The notes: a model not told the origin generated them from the letters alone. Positions 46,518-57,067 are shown, numbered from the stretch's first letter. The stretch: DNA of 64,000 bases from Chlamydiae bacterium CG10_big_fil_rev_8_21_14_0_10_42_34 (GCA_002773795.1 PFAD01000008.1:61699-125698), one strand, 5' to 3'. Made by a program: numbers and translations.

Positions 46518-48020
46518 TTATCTGATGGACGCTCTTTCGAATAAAATGCCGCCACTGGGCGTTGAGCCCACCTCTTGAATGCGGGAGCCGCAAAGGCTCG
46601 GAGAGCTCCAGTGATAAATGGGGGTTAAGGGAAGTTCTTTTGCAAAAACCTCTTCAGCCAAAGCGAGGGCCTTTTCTCTTTGCTTACTTTGCCCCGCCTC
46701 TTGCAGGATATTCACAAACTCTAAGCTTTCCCAACCGGGATAGTTTTTTAAGTTCTCTTTGTCTTTAAATCTGCCTAAAATGCTGATTGGATCATCAAAT
46801 TGTGCGATCCATGTTGCCAAAGCAATTTGATAGTCTCTATTTTGCAATCGGTGTGCGTGACTTTTGAAATCAAGTTGAGCGATTTCAATGGTGATCCCAA
46901 GTACCTCTTTCCACTGTCTTTGAAGAGTTTGAGCGACCCTTTTTTCAGTTTGCCCTGGCTTATAATAGAGGGTAAGTTTTTCTAGTGTTTTTGGACTCAC
47001 TTGCATCTCTATCAGAGCTTTGTCAAAAAGCGTTTTAGCTAAGAGGGGATCAAACAGCTGGATCTTTTGATTCGAGAGGGTAGGTGGGAGCATTGTTCCT
47101 GCTGGGATTTGCCCTGTTGAAGTGACTTTTTCAACAATTTCGACTCGGTCAATTGCGAGTGAAAAAGCTTTTCTCAAGTTGATGTTATTGAAAGGTGCAG
47201 TTTGCGTATTGAAGGTACAAAGGGTAGTTGCTGAGTTTGGAATGTAATTGATTTGGTCTTTGAAATTGTCTAGAGCATCCGGAGGTAAAGGGGAAATGGA
47301 TCCACCAAGCCAGTCGAGTTCCCCCTTTTCAAACATTTGTAGCGCAGTCATTTCATCAGGGACAATGCTAATGTGGATTTGGTCTAATGAAATTTGTGAC
47401 TGATTCCAGTAGGCTTGGTTTTTAACAAGGATCATTTCTGATTGATTGACGATTTTCTCAATCCGAAAGGGGCCGCTATAGACGTTTTTTTCAAAATGGG
47501 CTGGGACTGGGAGAAAGCTTGGAAAAGCGGTCAGTGAGTAAAAGTAGGGGGTTGGCTCCTCTAATTCAATATGTAGGGTTCTATCATCTAAAGCCCAGAT
47601 GCCTACTTCATTCATAGAACATTTCCCGTGGATGTATTTTTCTACATTTTTGATGGGGTAAAACAGATAGCCACAAGGAGAAGGGGGAGAAAGGGTTTGC
47701 TTCCACGACTTTTCAAAATCGTGGGCAGTGATTGGTTCCCCATTTGACCAGGCGGCTTTTCGGAGGTAGAAGGTATATGTTTTTCGATCTTTGGAGATGA
47801 TAACCTGTTCAGCTAGAGCCGGCTCCACCCCTCCACCAGGTAGGCACCGAGTGAGTCCATCGTAGATCATGCAAATGAGGGTGGACGAGACAAAATCTCC
47901 CGCTTTTCTCGGATCAAGGGTTGTTGGCTGGGTATTTAATGAGATCCGAAGGCTGTTCGGCTCCTTTTCTTGGGGAGAGCATGCAGCAACTAAAAGGAAA
48001 AGGGGGATGAGCCACAACAT
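46518..48020 (-). CDS. oppA: Oligopeptide ABC transporter substrate-binding lipoprotein
   Basis: Lipobox LVAAC, TLDPRK, YDGLTR, YTFYLRKAAWSNGEPITAHDF, SGPF, NLRKAFSLAIDR. Confidence 0.93.
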   Translation of the reverse strand: MLWLIPLFLLVAACSPQEKEPNSLRISLNTQPTTLDPRKAGDFVSSTLICMIYDGLTRCLPGGGVEPALAEQVIISKDRKTYTFYLRKAAWSNGEPITAHDFEKSWKQTLSPPSPCGYLFYPIKNVEKYIHGKCSMNEVGIWALDDRTLHIELEEPTPYFYSLTAFPSFLPVPAHFEKNVYSGPFRIEKIVNQSEMILVKNQAYWNQSQISLDQIHISIVPDEMTALQMFEKGELDWLGGSISPLPPDALDNFKDQINYIPNSATTLCTFNTQTAPFNNINLRKAFSLAIDRVEIVEKVTSTGQIPAGTMLPPTLSNQKIQLFDPLLAKTLFDKALIEMQVSPKTLEKLTLYYKPGQTEKRVAQTLQRQWKEVLGITIEIAQLDFKSHAHRLQNRDYQIALATWIAQFDDPISILGRFKDKENLKNYPGWESLEFVNILQEAGQSKQREKALALAEEVFAKELPLTPIYHWSSPSLCGSRIQEVGSTPSGGILFERASIR

Positions 48021-48029
48021 ATACTAGTC

Positions 48030-48269
48030 TCACTTCAAAAATTGGATTTTCGGCGGCGTTATTAACCCGAGGCCTAAACAGGTGACAAACAACTGGCTGC
48101 GGCTTTGAAAAATCGATGATCCTCGGAGCTCTTCGTATTCAAGAATTTTTCTTATGACTCGCTCGCCCGTTTGTTGCCACCTGTTTATGGCTTGGATTAA
48201 TAAAGCCTTGTAGTTTGTCGATCTTAGGTGACCCCATATCACTAATATTGGGTCACTTAAGATCGTCAA
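48030..48269 (-). CDS. Small hypothetical protein
   Basis: 79-aa ORF filling the gap upstream of oppA; no motif recognised. Confidence 0.3.
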   Translation of the reverse strand: MTILSDPILVIWGHLRSTNYKALLIQAINRWQQTGERVIRKILEYEELRGSSIFQSRSQLFVTCLGLGLITPPKIQFLK

Positions 48270-48382
48270 ATCACAAAAGCTTTTCCATCTGACCCAAAAC
48301 CGGTTCTTGAAGTGAGGCTGGTATAACTTGTCAAAGTAAGCAATTTTTTGTAAAGTTAGTATAAGAGTATAGCAGGATCTAT

Positions 48383-48769
48383 ATGTATTACCTCAAGAGC
48401 TTAGTTTTAAACTTCTTAGTCGTTTTTTTCGCAGATCATATCCTTCCTGGTATCGAAGTAACTGATCAGACAAGACTTCCGCACATTGGGGGCGATTTAA
48501 TTTTTGCAGCTGCCTTGGGACTTCTTAACTCTTTGATCTATCCGATTTTGAAAATGATTAAACACGATGCCTCTACAATGAAAATTGTCTTGTTTTCAGT
48601 CATTTTAAACTTTGCAGCTTACGGAATTGTGAAACTTCTCCCTCTCGGAATTCAGGTGTTGAGTGTTGAGGGGTATCTTTTTGCGGCAGTAGTTGTTGCT
48701 CTTGGTGGATTTTTAACAAATTTTTTCGAGATGAAACGACAATTGCGCAAAATGGATTTCACTGAATGA
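48383..48769 (+). CDS. 4-TM membrane protein (phage-holin-like/YvlD-type), paralog 1
   Basis: NFLVVFFADHILPGIEV...LGLLNSLIYP...GIQV pattern. Confidence 0.6.
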   Translation: MYYLKSLVLNFLVVFFADHILPGIEVTDQTRLPHIGGDLIFAAALGLLNSLIYPILKMIKHDASTMKIVLFSVILNFAAYGIVKLLPLGIQVLSVEGYLFAAVVVALGGFLTNFFEMKRQLRKMDFTE

Positions 48770-49140
48770 ACTATGTTCGAAGCTTTATCCTCAATTTCTT
48801 GATTGTTTTTTTTATCGACCGAATGGCTCCCGGAGTTGAAATTCAAAGTTTTGAGCAGGTCCCAAATATTGGGGCAGATATCTTATTTTCTCTTATTGTC
48901 GGATTTCTAAACGCTTCTATCTTTTTCTTTTTAGTCATTTTGGAACTTGATGTAACCAAGCTTAGATTGGCGATTTTTTCTTTCGTAATTAGCTTTGGGG
49001 CATTTATCGCAATTGCTATCATCCCATTTGGTGTTCGCGTGGTCAACCCTTGGGGAGTGATCATTGGGGGAGGTGTTGTCTTTGCTGTTTCATTTTTCAC
49101 CAATTTTCTCGAGTGGAAACACTACAAGCAACCTATGTAA
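48766..49140 (+). CDS. 4-TM membrane protein (phage-holin-like/YvlD-type), paralog 2
   Basis: NFLIVFFIDRMAPGVEI...VGFLNASIF...GVRV; ATGA overlap with paralog 1. Confidence 0.6.
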   Translation: MNYVRSFILNFLIVFFIDRMAPGVEIQSFEQVPNIGADILFSLIVGFLNASIFFFLVILELDVTKLRLAIFSFVISFGAFIAIAIIPFGVRVVNPWGVIIGGGVVFAVSFFTNFLEWKHYKQPM

Positions 49141-49996
49141 ATATGTAGCTAAGTCCACGACGCCTTCCCCAAGCTTTGAGAAAATCGTCAATTGAATAGC
49201 TGACAGAGGTGATTTCATTGGTTTGAAAGGCCGGATCAATGCAGTAGACCCTATTGTTTTCATAGCCCGTAATACAAATGAGGTGCCCCTGATCATACGG
49301 TTTTGCCCCTCCTGGAATTTCCCCTTTCATACTGATCACTACAGGGATATTTTTGAGTAAATAGGAGTGGAGCGTTTCAAAGTCTTTGAGTCTTTCAACG
49401 TGGCAAGGTATTTTAGATCGGTTGTAGCATTCGGCGATGTTGAGCATCCAGTTTCCATAGATGTCAAAGACATCATCGTGCACTTTACTTGCAAAATCAA
49501 GAGGGCAAAGCGATTTATCCTTGGTCAAATAACGTAGAGCTGTTGTGGCGGAAGTAGGTGAGCAGAGCTCTTTGTGACGGTGGTGATTGAGTACCATTTG
49601 TGACTGAGGTAAAATCCCTTTGATGTGGACCTTTGCAAGAGGCTTCGAGTTGGGTTGGATGTAGCCTCTGGTATCAGAAACTGATACGGTCATCGAGTGA
49701 AGCTTATCTAGCTCCTCTCCTTCAACCTTTACCCAAAATTCTGTGCAAAGTTTTTGAGATGTAATGAGATCCTGATGGTTTTGAAAAAGGGAGGCTTTAC
49801 TCTCGAATGATCTTTGAAAGTTAGGTCCCCATTCGGCAATTTTAAGCCACTGATCTTGTTGCAAGCTCACCCAAAAGGTCCATTTGCCAGTTAAAGGGCG
49901 AAGTCCGTTCCAAGATAAAATGAGCTCGTCAAATGCAATGGTTTGACTCTCATGCCAAAAGTGTTGATTTGTCGAGTAGGTTTTAGAAAAAATCAT
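49133..49996 (-). CDS. Peptidase C39-like protein
   Basis: Putative Cys-His-Asp triad: LCSPTS, QGHLICITGY, IDP; also YGNW. Confidence 0.8.
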   Translation of the reverse strand: MIFSKTYSTNQHFWHESQTIAFDELILSWNGLRPLTGKWTFWVSLQQDQWLKIAEWGPNFQRSFESKASLFQNHQDLITSQKLCTEFWVKVEGEELDKLHSMTVSVSDTRGYIQPNSKPLAKVHIKGILPQSQMVLNHHRHKELCSPTSATTALRYLTKDKSLCPLDFASKVHDDVFDIYGNWMLNIAECYNRSKIPCHVERLKDFETLHSYLLKNIPVVISMKGEIPGGAKPYDQGHLICITGYENNRVYCIDPAFQTNEITSVSYSIDDFLKAWGRRRGLSYIFT

Positions 49997-51141
49997 TCGT
50001 CCAATATAGCTGGGGCCGGGCGTTTTAGTCCAATCAGCCCAAGTGAAAAAGTGATTGCACCAAAAAAGTAAAACAGTCCGCTGGATCCAAAAGCTCCCAT
50101 TGCGGACGCAGCCAACAGCGGGCCAACAATTGCTCCTAAGCTATACGACATGACAAAGCCACCTGTTGCTGCAACAATTTGCCCATCTTTTACATTTTGA
50201 CACGCATAAGACATGCTGATTGGGTATAGAGCAAAAGAAAATCCTCCGAAAAGCCAGGATAAGACGAAAAAACTTGTAAATGAGCCATAGCTCATAAATG
50301 CGATGGCACTTGCCAAAAGCGTGGTAGCAAAGCTGATCAAAATTAACGCCTTGCGACGACAGCTTTTATCTGCAATATACCCAAGCGGCCACTGAAGGCA
50401 AAATCCACCAAAAATTAAAATAGCCATTAAGGTTCCAATTTGTGAAACGCTCATCCCCACCTCATTTGCATAAACAGGGATCAAACTGTAAACAGCAGCA
50501 AGGAGCATTCCGGAGATGATGCCTCCAATAAATCCAAGGGGGGAAATTTTATACATCTGAATAAGGCCTAAGCGCTCAGTTTCGGTCATTACAGGCTCTG
50601 CAATTTTTTTGATAGAAATGGGAATAATCGAAAATATAGAGAGAATGGCTGCAATGCAAAAAGGGAGGATCCCGCTGAGATCTGACAGGTCAATCAAGAG
50701 TTGGCCTGACGAAAGAGCTGCATAAAAGATGGCTAAATAGACAGAGATAACAATCCCTCTTATATTTGGTGCGCTCTGCATCAACATCCAGCTTTCAATC
50801 ACGATAAATACCCCAGCCATGCAAATGCCGCCAAGAAAACGGATTATGGACCAATACCAGATATCAATGAGGAATGCTTGTGCCAAAGCGAGCACTGAAA
50901 GAACGCATGCAAAAACAACATAGGCTCTAATATGGCCCACTTTAGAGATCCATCGATCAATTCTCATCGATCCAACTAATATTCCGAGATATGATGCTGA
51001 AGATACTATTCCAATGCTTTCAGGGCTAAAGCCTTCCATCTCAAGGCGAATCGAAACAAAGGTGTTGAAGAGCCCAGAGGCCATCATCATAAAGACAAGG
51101 CTGATGAGAGGGGCGGAAAGGGTTCGAAGTAGAGTTATCAT
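49993..51141 (-). CDS. MFS transporter (YcaD-like)
   Basis: 12 hydrophobic segments; VGHIRAY, VIESW, QWPLGYIAD, YSLGAIVGP. Confidence 0.9.
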   Translation of the reverse strand: MITLLRTLSAPLISLVFMMMASGLFNTFVSIRLEMEGFSPESIGIVSSASYLGILVGSMRIDRWISKVGHIRAYVVFACVLSVLALAQAFLIDIWYWSIIRFLGGICMAGVFIVIESWMLMQSAPNIRGIVISVYLAIFYAALSSGQLLIDLSDLSGILPFCIAAILSIFSIIPISIKKIAEPVMTETERLGLIQMYKISPLGFIGGIISGMLLAAVYSLIPVYANEVGMSVSQIGTLMAILIFGGFCLQWPLGYIADKSCRRKALILISFATTLLASAIAFMSYGSFTSFFVLSWLFGGFSFALYPISMSYACQNVKDGQIVAATGGFVMSYSLGAIVGPLLAASAMGAFGSSGLFYFFGAITFSLGLIGLKRPAPAILDE

Positions 51142-51256
51142 ATAAGCCGCATCTTCGTGAAAGGGGTATTTTTTGAGAAGAGAATTTGTAATGTGCTGAT
51201 TATTAGCTTTTTATATTGTAATTGAAATAATATGTAATAAACATGATAATTAAGTT

Positions 51257-53452
51257 ATGAAACAAAAACTAAAAGATACTATCTCTGTTCAAGATGCAAT
51301 GGATAATTTGGCGGCTATTGCAAGTTTCGATATTAACGACCCTTCACCCCTGGGAATTATCAAGAAAAATAGGATTATCACAAGCGACGAAGAGGTGGGT
51401 TCTGAGGGGGTTCTTTGGCTAAGTGGGGAGGGAGTCTTGCCCCTTTACGACATTTTAGACCTTACTTATCGATCGATTCATCAGCATCTATTAAAACTCT
51501 ACGACAGCCCTGATATGAACTGGGAAAATGAGAAGAGTAGCAAAGGGATTGCTGCGATGATGACTCTTGTGGGTGAATCAGGTCCAAAAATGGACAAGTT
51601 TTTAAAGGAGCATCTCGGGAAAAAAGGGTTTGAAAGTGTCTCTGAAGGACAGTCTTTTCAAGATTTGCAGCAATTTTATTCAAACAAATTTGCGAAGCGA
51701 TTTGCGGATGGCGTTGAGGGTAAAGGTGCTTGGAGCGAGGAGTGGGAAGAGAATGAAGAAAGCTCGCTTTTAGATCTTTCTAAAACAGGCTTAAAAGACT
51801 TCGATACGGTTCGTAACGATAGCGAATATGAGCTTTTTTATATTCGTAATGAAGATGGTGAGCCGTATTTTAACGCCGAGCTTTTACGTAATATTAAGCT
51901 CGATTGTGATTTTGACTTAGACGGTGAAAGTTTTGAGGAAGACCCTCTTTTAAAAATCCGTGCCATGCAAGATCGGGATTTACATGCATCGGCGGCGCAA
52001 ATTTTAAGTGAATGTCACGCTGCGATTAGCGATTTTTATAAAATTGCACGTAAATTAGAGGGAAATGAACTCAGTCACTCTTTAGGAATGGCGATTATCG
52101 CTTTATTTGTTGCTGCAAACCCCAGATATCTTCTTCAAAATACTATGGGCAAAAGCTGTCTTCAATATTTCGAGGATTTCCACCATTTCCTCCGTAGAGC
52201 AATGCGCACATCAGAATATCAAAAACTCATCGCTTATCCCCCAGATAAAACGGACAAGACTGCTCATTTGTTAATGTATTTGACTCATGCACTTTGCCGG
52301 AGCTTTTTTGAAAGAGCAGGCGGGGTAAAGCTCGAGACGATTGGCTTGATCCACAGGACAATGCGACGAGGCGAAGAGATTAAGCAAAAAGGGAATAAGC
52401 GTTTAGTTAAGGGCGAAAGCATTTGGAATCAATTTATGCTCGATGACGAGAAATTTAGGACGTTATTGGCAAAATTTCCCAATGGACCTTTGTTTAAAAT
52501 TTTAGACCTTATTCGTGAAGAACAAGAAGAGGATATTAATATCCCGTTTGATCCAATTGGTCAAAATAATCTCCCCTCGCGCATTTTTCAAATTGAGAAA
52601 GTGGGCAAAAAAATAGATGTCCTTCATCTTCCATCGCCCATACGACAAGCGCAAATTCATAAAGCTGAGTTTGTCGATGAATTTCAGGGGTTTTTGCGTT
52701 CTTTAACACAAGATTCCCCTGTAAGAAAGCACTTGATAATCAATCTTCAAGATAGATCTTCGTGGAAAGAATATGCGCGAAGTAAAGCGATAGAAAATTT
52801 GCAGTTCAATGCAGAATTTAATCACCAACTTCTTGTAATTACTTTGCCAAAATACAGCGACTTCTACTATCAAAATAATGAGTATCTCTCTTTGAATAAG
52901 GCGGATGACTTTATTAAAGCTTTTGAAAAGCAGTTAAAAACTCCAGAAGAGTCGGGCTATTTTCTCCCACCAGAGTTGAAAAAAGGGGAGTTAGAGCAAT
53001 TTATTGACAAGGTATTGCCTGCCATTCATAAACACTTTTTCCATCAGAAAAATAGTTTAACGCGTAGAAATAGAGAAGATTTTATCGAGATTTTTTATCA
53101 GTTTTTCGTGTTGAAATGTATCGATATGTTAGAGCCTCACTCAGTAAGCTTTACCTGTAAAGATGCAATCGATATCGGGGCTGCACAGCAAGGGGCATTT
53201 TTTGGATTTATTCAGCTATTAACTGGCGATTTTTCTGAAAAAGAGAACCAAGACTTTCTTCGATGGCTCTTGTATACTCCCGCACTTTTTGTTCGGGAAA
53301 GAGCCATTGATCCGGAGCGGCTCAATCGGACAATTTCTGCCCTTGAGCGGATTGATGGGGAGATGAAAGAATCGGGCAAAGAGATCTTAAAGGTATTTGG
53401 TGATCTGTATCAGGGCCAAACCTTTAAAACAATCCAAGTCAAACATCTTTAA
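51257..53452 (+). CDS. Large hypothetical protein (chlamydial-type)
   Basis: 731-aa soluble ORF with HLPSP, HLIINLQDRSSWKE, FTCKDAID; no family recognised with certainty. Confidence 0.8.
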   Translation: MKQKLKDTISVQDAMDNLAAIASFDINDPSPLGIIKKNRIITSDEEVGSEGVLWLSGEGVLPLYDILDLTYRSIHQHLLKLYDSPDMNWENEKSSKGIAAMMTLVGESGPKMDKFLKEHLGKKGFESVSEGQSFQDLQQFYSNKFAKRFADGVEGKGAWSEEWEENEESSLLDLSKTGLKDFDTVRNDSEYELFYIRNEDGEPYFNAELLRNIKLDCDFDLDGESFEEDPLLKIRAMQDRDLHASAAQILSECHAAISDFYKIARKLEGNELSHSLGMAIIALFVAANPRYLLQNTMGKSCLQYFEDFHHFLRRAMRTSEYQKLIAYPPDKTDKTAHLLMYLTHALCRSFFERAGGVKLETIGLIHRTMRRGEEIKQKGNKRLVKGESIWNQFMLDDEKFRTLLAKFPNGPLFKILDLIREEQEEDINIPFDPIGQNNLPSRIFQIEKVGKKIDVLHLPSPIRQAQIHKAEFVDEFQGFLRSLTQDSPVRKHLIINLQDRSSWKEYARSKAIENLQFNAEFNHQLLVITLPKYSDFYYQNNEYLSLNKADDFIKAFEKQLKTPEESGYFLPPELKKGELEQFIDKVLPAIHKHFFHQKNSLTRRNREDFIEIFYQFFVLKCIDMLEPHSVSFTCKDAIDIGAAQQGAFFGFIQLLTGDFSEKENQDFLRWLLYTPALFVRERAIDPERLNRTISALERIDGEMKESGKEILKVFGDLYQGQTFKTIQVKHL

Positions 53453-53460
53453 TCTATACG

Positions 53461-54690
53461 TTACTGTATGTCGAGTTGTTCGCTTTCAGCAACAAGACCT
53501 TCGTTATAGAGTTTGATCGAATCTGTAAGTCCTTGCACTTGGCGCATAAGGGCTGCAAAATTGCGCTTGAATGCATCACTTTGAACAATACTAGATCGCT
53601 CTTTGGCATCGGCCCGTTCCATGAGTTCAGTCAGTCTTCCTAAAGATGTTGTCATTGAATCTACTTCACCTTCGAAATAATTACGGAACTCTTGAGGAGT
53701 ATCGAGAGCTTTGAGGATGTTAGCCCTTTTTGTACGACTTTTTTGCCATTGCTTGTTGTATTGGAAAAGGACGCCATAGTGGTTGATATCATTCATGAGC
53801 GTCTCCCCTTTATTCATCAGTGAGGTTAAACGCAAATAAAAGTCATCGCCCACGATCAAACGGCCTACTGTTCCCGTTCCTGATGCTACATCTCGTGTGA
53901 TTTGGTTCACATTGCGTAAAGCTGCCGCCCCATCTGAATTTAGATAACTGGCTGTTTGATCGAGATTGTCAGCTAAATTTGCGAATTTATGGAGTAATTT
54001 GTCGTCGTCGAGACCCGTCTTTACCAAGTTTAGGTTGTCGTTGAGAAGATCTACTGATTCTTTCACAGCCGGGACGAGCTTTTCAGAATCAATCATCCCC
54101 AAAACTCCTTCGATTCCTCCCATGGCACCATCAAATGAACGGATTGCATTGGTGACGTAGCCTTGATTTTCAGCAAACCATGTGTCGAGTCTGTTTACTG
54201 TAGTGCCGAGCTGACTTGCAGCAGCTGAAACTTGTCTAAATGTATTTTCAAGAGGATCTGTTGAGTTTGCATAGACGATTTGATCTGTTACGAGATAGGC
54301 TTTTTTGTCGTGAAGAGGGGATTTAGGCAAAATCGCGACCGATCTTTCTCCCATCAGTCCTGATGTTTTGATTGCAATTTCATCATTGCTATACACATCG
54401 ACGCTGGAATCTACTTTCAAAGTGAGTTGATAGGGATAAATTCTCCCTTGGGCATCGGGTTGCTCTCGTGCACTGGGAAGCTCGATCACATGGGTTACTT
54501 CTCCAACAGGTTTTCCCGCAAAGGAGACGCGTGTGCCTATCGTGATGCCCGCAATGTTTGTGAATCGGACGTTTAAGGTTTTTTTCCCATCGCCAATCGT
54601 CGGTTTTAAAAAGAGGACAAATGCGACAAAAATCGCAATAGCTCCCGATACGAATAGGCCGATAAGAATATTTTTCCTCCGATCGTTCAT
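53461..54690 (-). CDS. mlaD: MlaD/MCE-domain lipid-transport protein with long helical tail
   Basis: TM helix, then VRFTNIAGITIGTRVSFAGKPVGEV, IKTSGLMGE. Confidence 0.88.
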   Translation of the reverse strand: MNDRRKNILIGLFVSGAIAIFVAFVLFLKPTIGDGKKTLNVRFTNIAGITIGTRVSFAGKPVGEVTHVIELPSAREQPDAQGRIYPYQLTLKVDSSVDVYSNDEIAIKTSGLMGERSVAILPKSPLHDKKAYLVTDQIVYANSTDPLENTFRQVSAAASQLGTTVNRLDTWFAENQGYVTNAIRSFDGAMGGIEGVLGMIDSEKLVPAVKESVDLLNDNLNLVKTGLDDDKLLHKFANLADNLDQTASYLNSDGAAALRNVNQITRDVASGTGTVGRLIVGDDFYLRLTSLMNKGETLMNDINHYGVLFQYNKQWQKSRTKRANILKALDTPQEFRNYFEGEVDSMTTSLGRLTELMERADAKERSSIVQSDAFKRNFAALMRQVQGLTDSIKLYNEGLVAESEQLDIQ

Positions 54691-55451
54691 TTAGCTTTCC
54701 TATGGTTATGCTTCAAATTTTCTCTTAAAAAGTTGATGACAGGATCATCGATATTTAAAAATGCTTCGGGCTCTGCAACGTGAGTAATTTGCCCATCTTG
54801 ATGTAGCGCGAGTCTATCAGCGATGTATAGAGCTGAATCAATGTCGTGAGTTACGACGATGCTTGTCCCCTTAAGTTCATCTTGTGTTTTTACAATCAGT
54901 TCATTGATCTGTTGTGATGTGATTGGGTCAAGGCCGGTCGTCGGTTCGTCGTAAAGTAAGATGCTGGGGCGATATACGATGAGTCTTGCAAGGCCTGCTC
55001 TTTTGCGCATCCCGCCGGACAAATCAGAAGGCATTTTTTCTTCAGTCCCTTCGAGACCTACCATCGCAAGGGCATTTTTTACTTTTTCCTTAATGACTTC
55101 GGGGGAAAGTCTTTTTCTTGTAACAAGATCGCCATGCTGTTTTAAATAAAATGCGGTGTTTTCTTCAATATTCATCGAGTCGAAAAGGGCAGCTCCTTGA
55201 AAGAGCATTCCCATATCTTTGACTGCGCGATAGATCTGGTTTTTCTTAAGATCAGTTATAGTGACGCCGTTAACTTCAATCGTCCCGCTGTCTGGTTTTT
55301 CAATGCCGATGATATGGCGAAGCAGCACGCTTTTGCCCACCCCTGATCTACCTAAAATAACGAGGATTTCCCCTTTTTTGGCTTCGAGGTTAAGCCCTTT
55401 TAAAATGTCGTTACTTCCGTAGCGTCTCCACAAATTTTGAATACGGATCAT
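54687..55451 (-). CDS. mlaF: MlaF ABC ATPase
   Basis: GRSGVGKS, MLFQGAALFDSMN, LSGGMRKRAGLAR, YDEPTTGLDP. Confidence 0.93.
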   Translation of the reverse strand: MIRIQNLWRRYGSNDILKGLNLEAKKGEILVILGRSGVGKSVLLRHIIGIEKPDSGTIEVNGVTITDLKKNQIYRAVKDMGMLFQGAALFDSMNIEENTAFYLKQHGDLVTRKRLSPEVIKEKVKNALAMVGLEGTEEKMPSDLSGGMRKRAGLARLIVYRPSILLYDEPTTGLDPITSQQINELIVKTQDELKGTSIVVTHDIDSALYIADRLALHQDGQITHVAEPEAFLNIDDPVINFLRENLKHNHRKAK

Positions 55452-55452
55452 C

Positions 55453-56271
55453 TTATTTCATCCAGTCGTATTTCATTTCTTGGTGGATCATATTGAGCGC
55501 CATTGTCAAGATAAAATCTGCTAATAGAATTAAAATATAGCTCGTTACAACACTTTGTGTTGTCGCTTTACCAACGCCCGCTGCGCCACCTGTCGTATTC
55601 ATACCGCGGTAACAACAAACAGTGACAATCAAAATCCCAAAAATAATGGACTTGATGACCCCTGTTGCGACATCGAACAAGGTGATGTGGATTTGCATCG
55701 GGGTAAAATAACTTGTTGCAGATAGATTAAATAGGTTGCATGCGATGAGATAGCCACCAATGATCCCCATCATTGTGCTAAATAATGTAAGAAGCGGGAT
55801 CATAAATGTTCCGGCAAGGAACCGGGGAGCGACTAAATAGGCATAAGGATTAATTGCCATCGATTTGAGTGCATCGATTTGCTCGGTCACTTTCATGGTT
55901 CCGAGCTCTGCGCACATTGAGGCGCCCACTCTTCCTGTGACCATGAATGCAGTTAAAATAGGGCCGAGTTCAGTGATCATCGATTTGCCGACGAGAACAC
56001 CGGTGACACCAGCCATCCCTTTTTCGCCCAGCTGATAAAAAGCTTGAGCTGCCAAAACAAAGCCTGTTGTAAATCCGGTTATGGCTACAACAGACAGTGA
56101 CATTACGCCGATGTGATAGAGCTGTTCTCGAATGAGACTCCAAGCTGGAGGTCTTTTTAGGGCGGCGCCAAACACTTCAAAGACAAGCGACACATAGTCG
56201 CCAATCATCTCTAGAAGACGGATTGATTTATCCCTTACAAGAACTAACACTTTAAAACCTCTTTCGGCCAA
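55453..56271 (-). CDS. mlaE: MlaE ABC permease
   Basis: ELGPILTA..VTGRVGAS..AELGTMKVTEQIDAL, GVGKATT.SVV. Confidence 0.95.
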   Translation of the reverse strand: MAERGFKVLVLVRDKSIRLLEMIGDYVSLVFEVFGAALKRPPAWSLIREQLYHIGVMSLSVVAITGFTTGFVLAAQAFYQLGEKGMAGVTGVLVGKSMITELGPILTAFMVTGRVGASMCAELGTMKVTEQIDALKSMAINPYAYLVAPRFLAGTFMIPLLTLFSTMMGIIGGYLIACNLFNLSATSYFTPMQIHITLFDVATGVIKSIIFGILIVTVCCYRGMNTTGGAAGVGKATTQSVVTSYILILLADFILTMALNMIHQEMKYDWMK

Positions 56272-56322
56272 ATCCTCATTCTAAGGGAACAAGGCATTGT
56301 GGTCAAAGGGAGGTTTTTAAAA

Positions 56323-57057
56323 TTACCCAGCTTGTGCTGCTCGTTTTAATGACTCGAGAACTTTTTCCAATAGATTGATGAGTTCCTGCTTGCTCGAAGG
56401 ATCTCCTTTATTCATAAGGGAGTTGAGCTCTGTTTGGGCAAGTGCTGCAATTGCATCAATTTGTTTTTGTCTGGATTGAGTTTCGCTGTTGTACATATCA
56501 GCTAGGTTCTTACATCCATTTTGAGCAAAGTAGCTGATAAATTCTTGGTCTCCTTCGCGAGCCATGAATTTAGATGCCATAAGGGCAAGTGTGATCCCGG
56601 TAAACTTAAATCCACGATCACCCATTTCTCTTAAGAGCTTTCCAGATTCGAGATTGGAGTTTGTAAATTTCTTTTTTTGTTCTTCTTTTTGATGGCGCTC
56701 TTTATCTGCAATGCGAACAAATTGAGCAAGGATTTTTGCAATGAGCGATTGCACTTTGCTCATGTAATTTGGCTCAACAACTGGATTTTGAAGAGCTTCT
56801 GTAAGCTTTTGTTCACATGCGAGCAGATCATGCGGCTCATTGCGCACGAACGGGGCTGTGCCTGCATCTAAACGTTGCGCACCTTTTATTGGGCTCATAG
56901 AATGGGTTGGAAAAGGGATTGCAGATATGCCCAATCGTTTTGTTTTCTCAATTGTGGAGCCATCTTCTCTTTGAGATACGTGAATTGTTGTATCGCAAAG
57001 CGGTAGGCTTGTGGCCTGTGATTGAGTATCTGCATAAATATTTCTTGTTTGGGCCAT
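56323..57057 (-). CDS. Putative T3SS translocator/secreted protein (CopD2-position gene)
   Basis: Last gene of the LcrH operon; coiled-coil composition with one hydrophobic segment (FKFTGITLALMA). Confidence 0.55.
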   Translation of the reverse strand: MAQTRNIYADTQSQATSLPLCDTTIHVSQREDGSTIEKTKRLGISAIPFPTHSMSPIKGAQRLDAGTAPFVRNEPHDLLACEQKLTEALQNPVVEPNYMSKVQSLIAKILAQFVRIADKERHQKEEQKKKFTNSNLESGKLLREMGDRGFKFTGITLALMASKFMAREGDQEFISYFAQNGCKNLADMYNSETQSRQKQIDAIAALAQTELNSLMNKGDPSSKQELINLLEKVLESLKRAAQAG

Positions 57058-57067
57058 GTTTTTCCTC

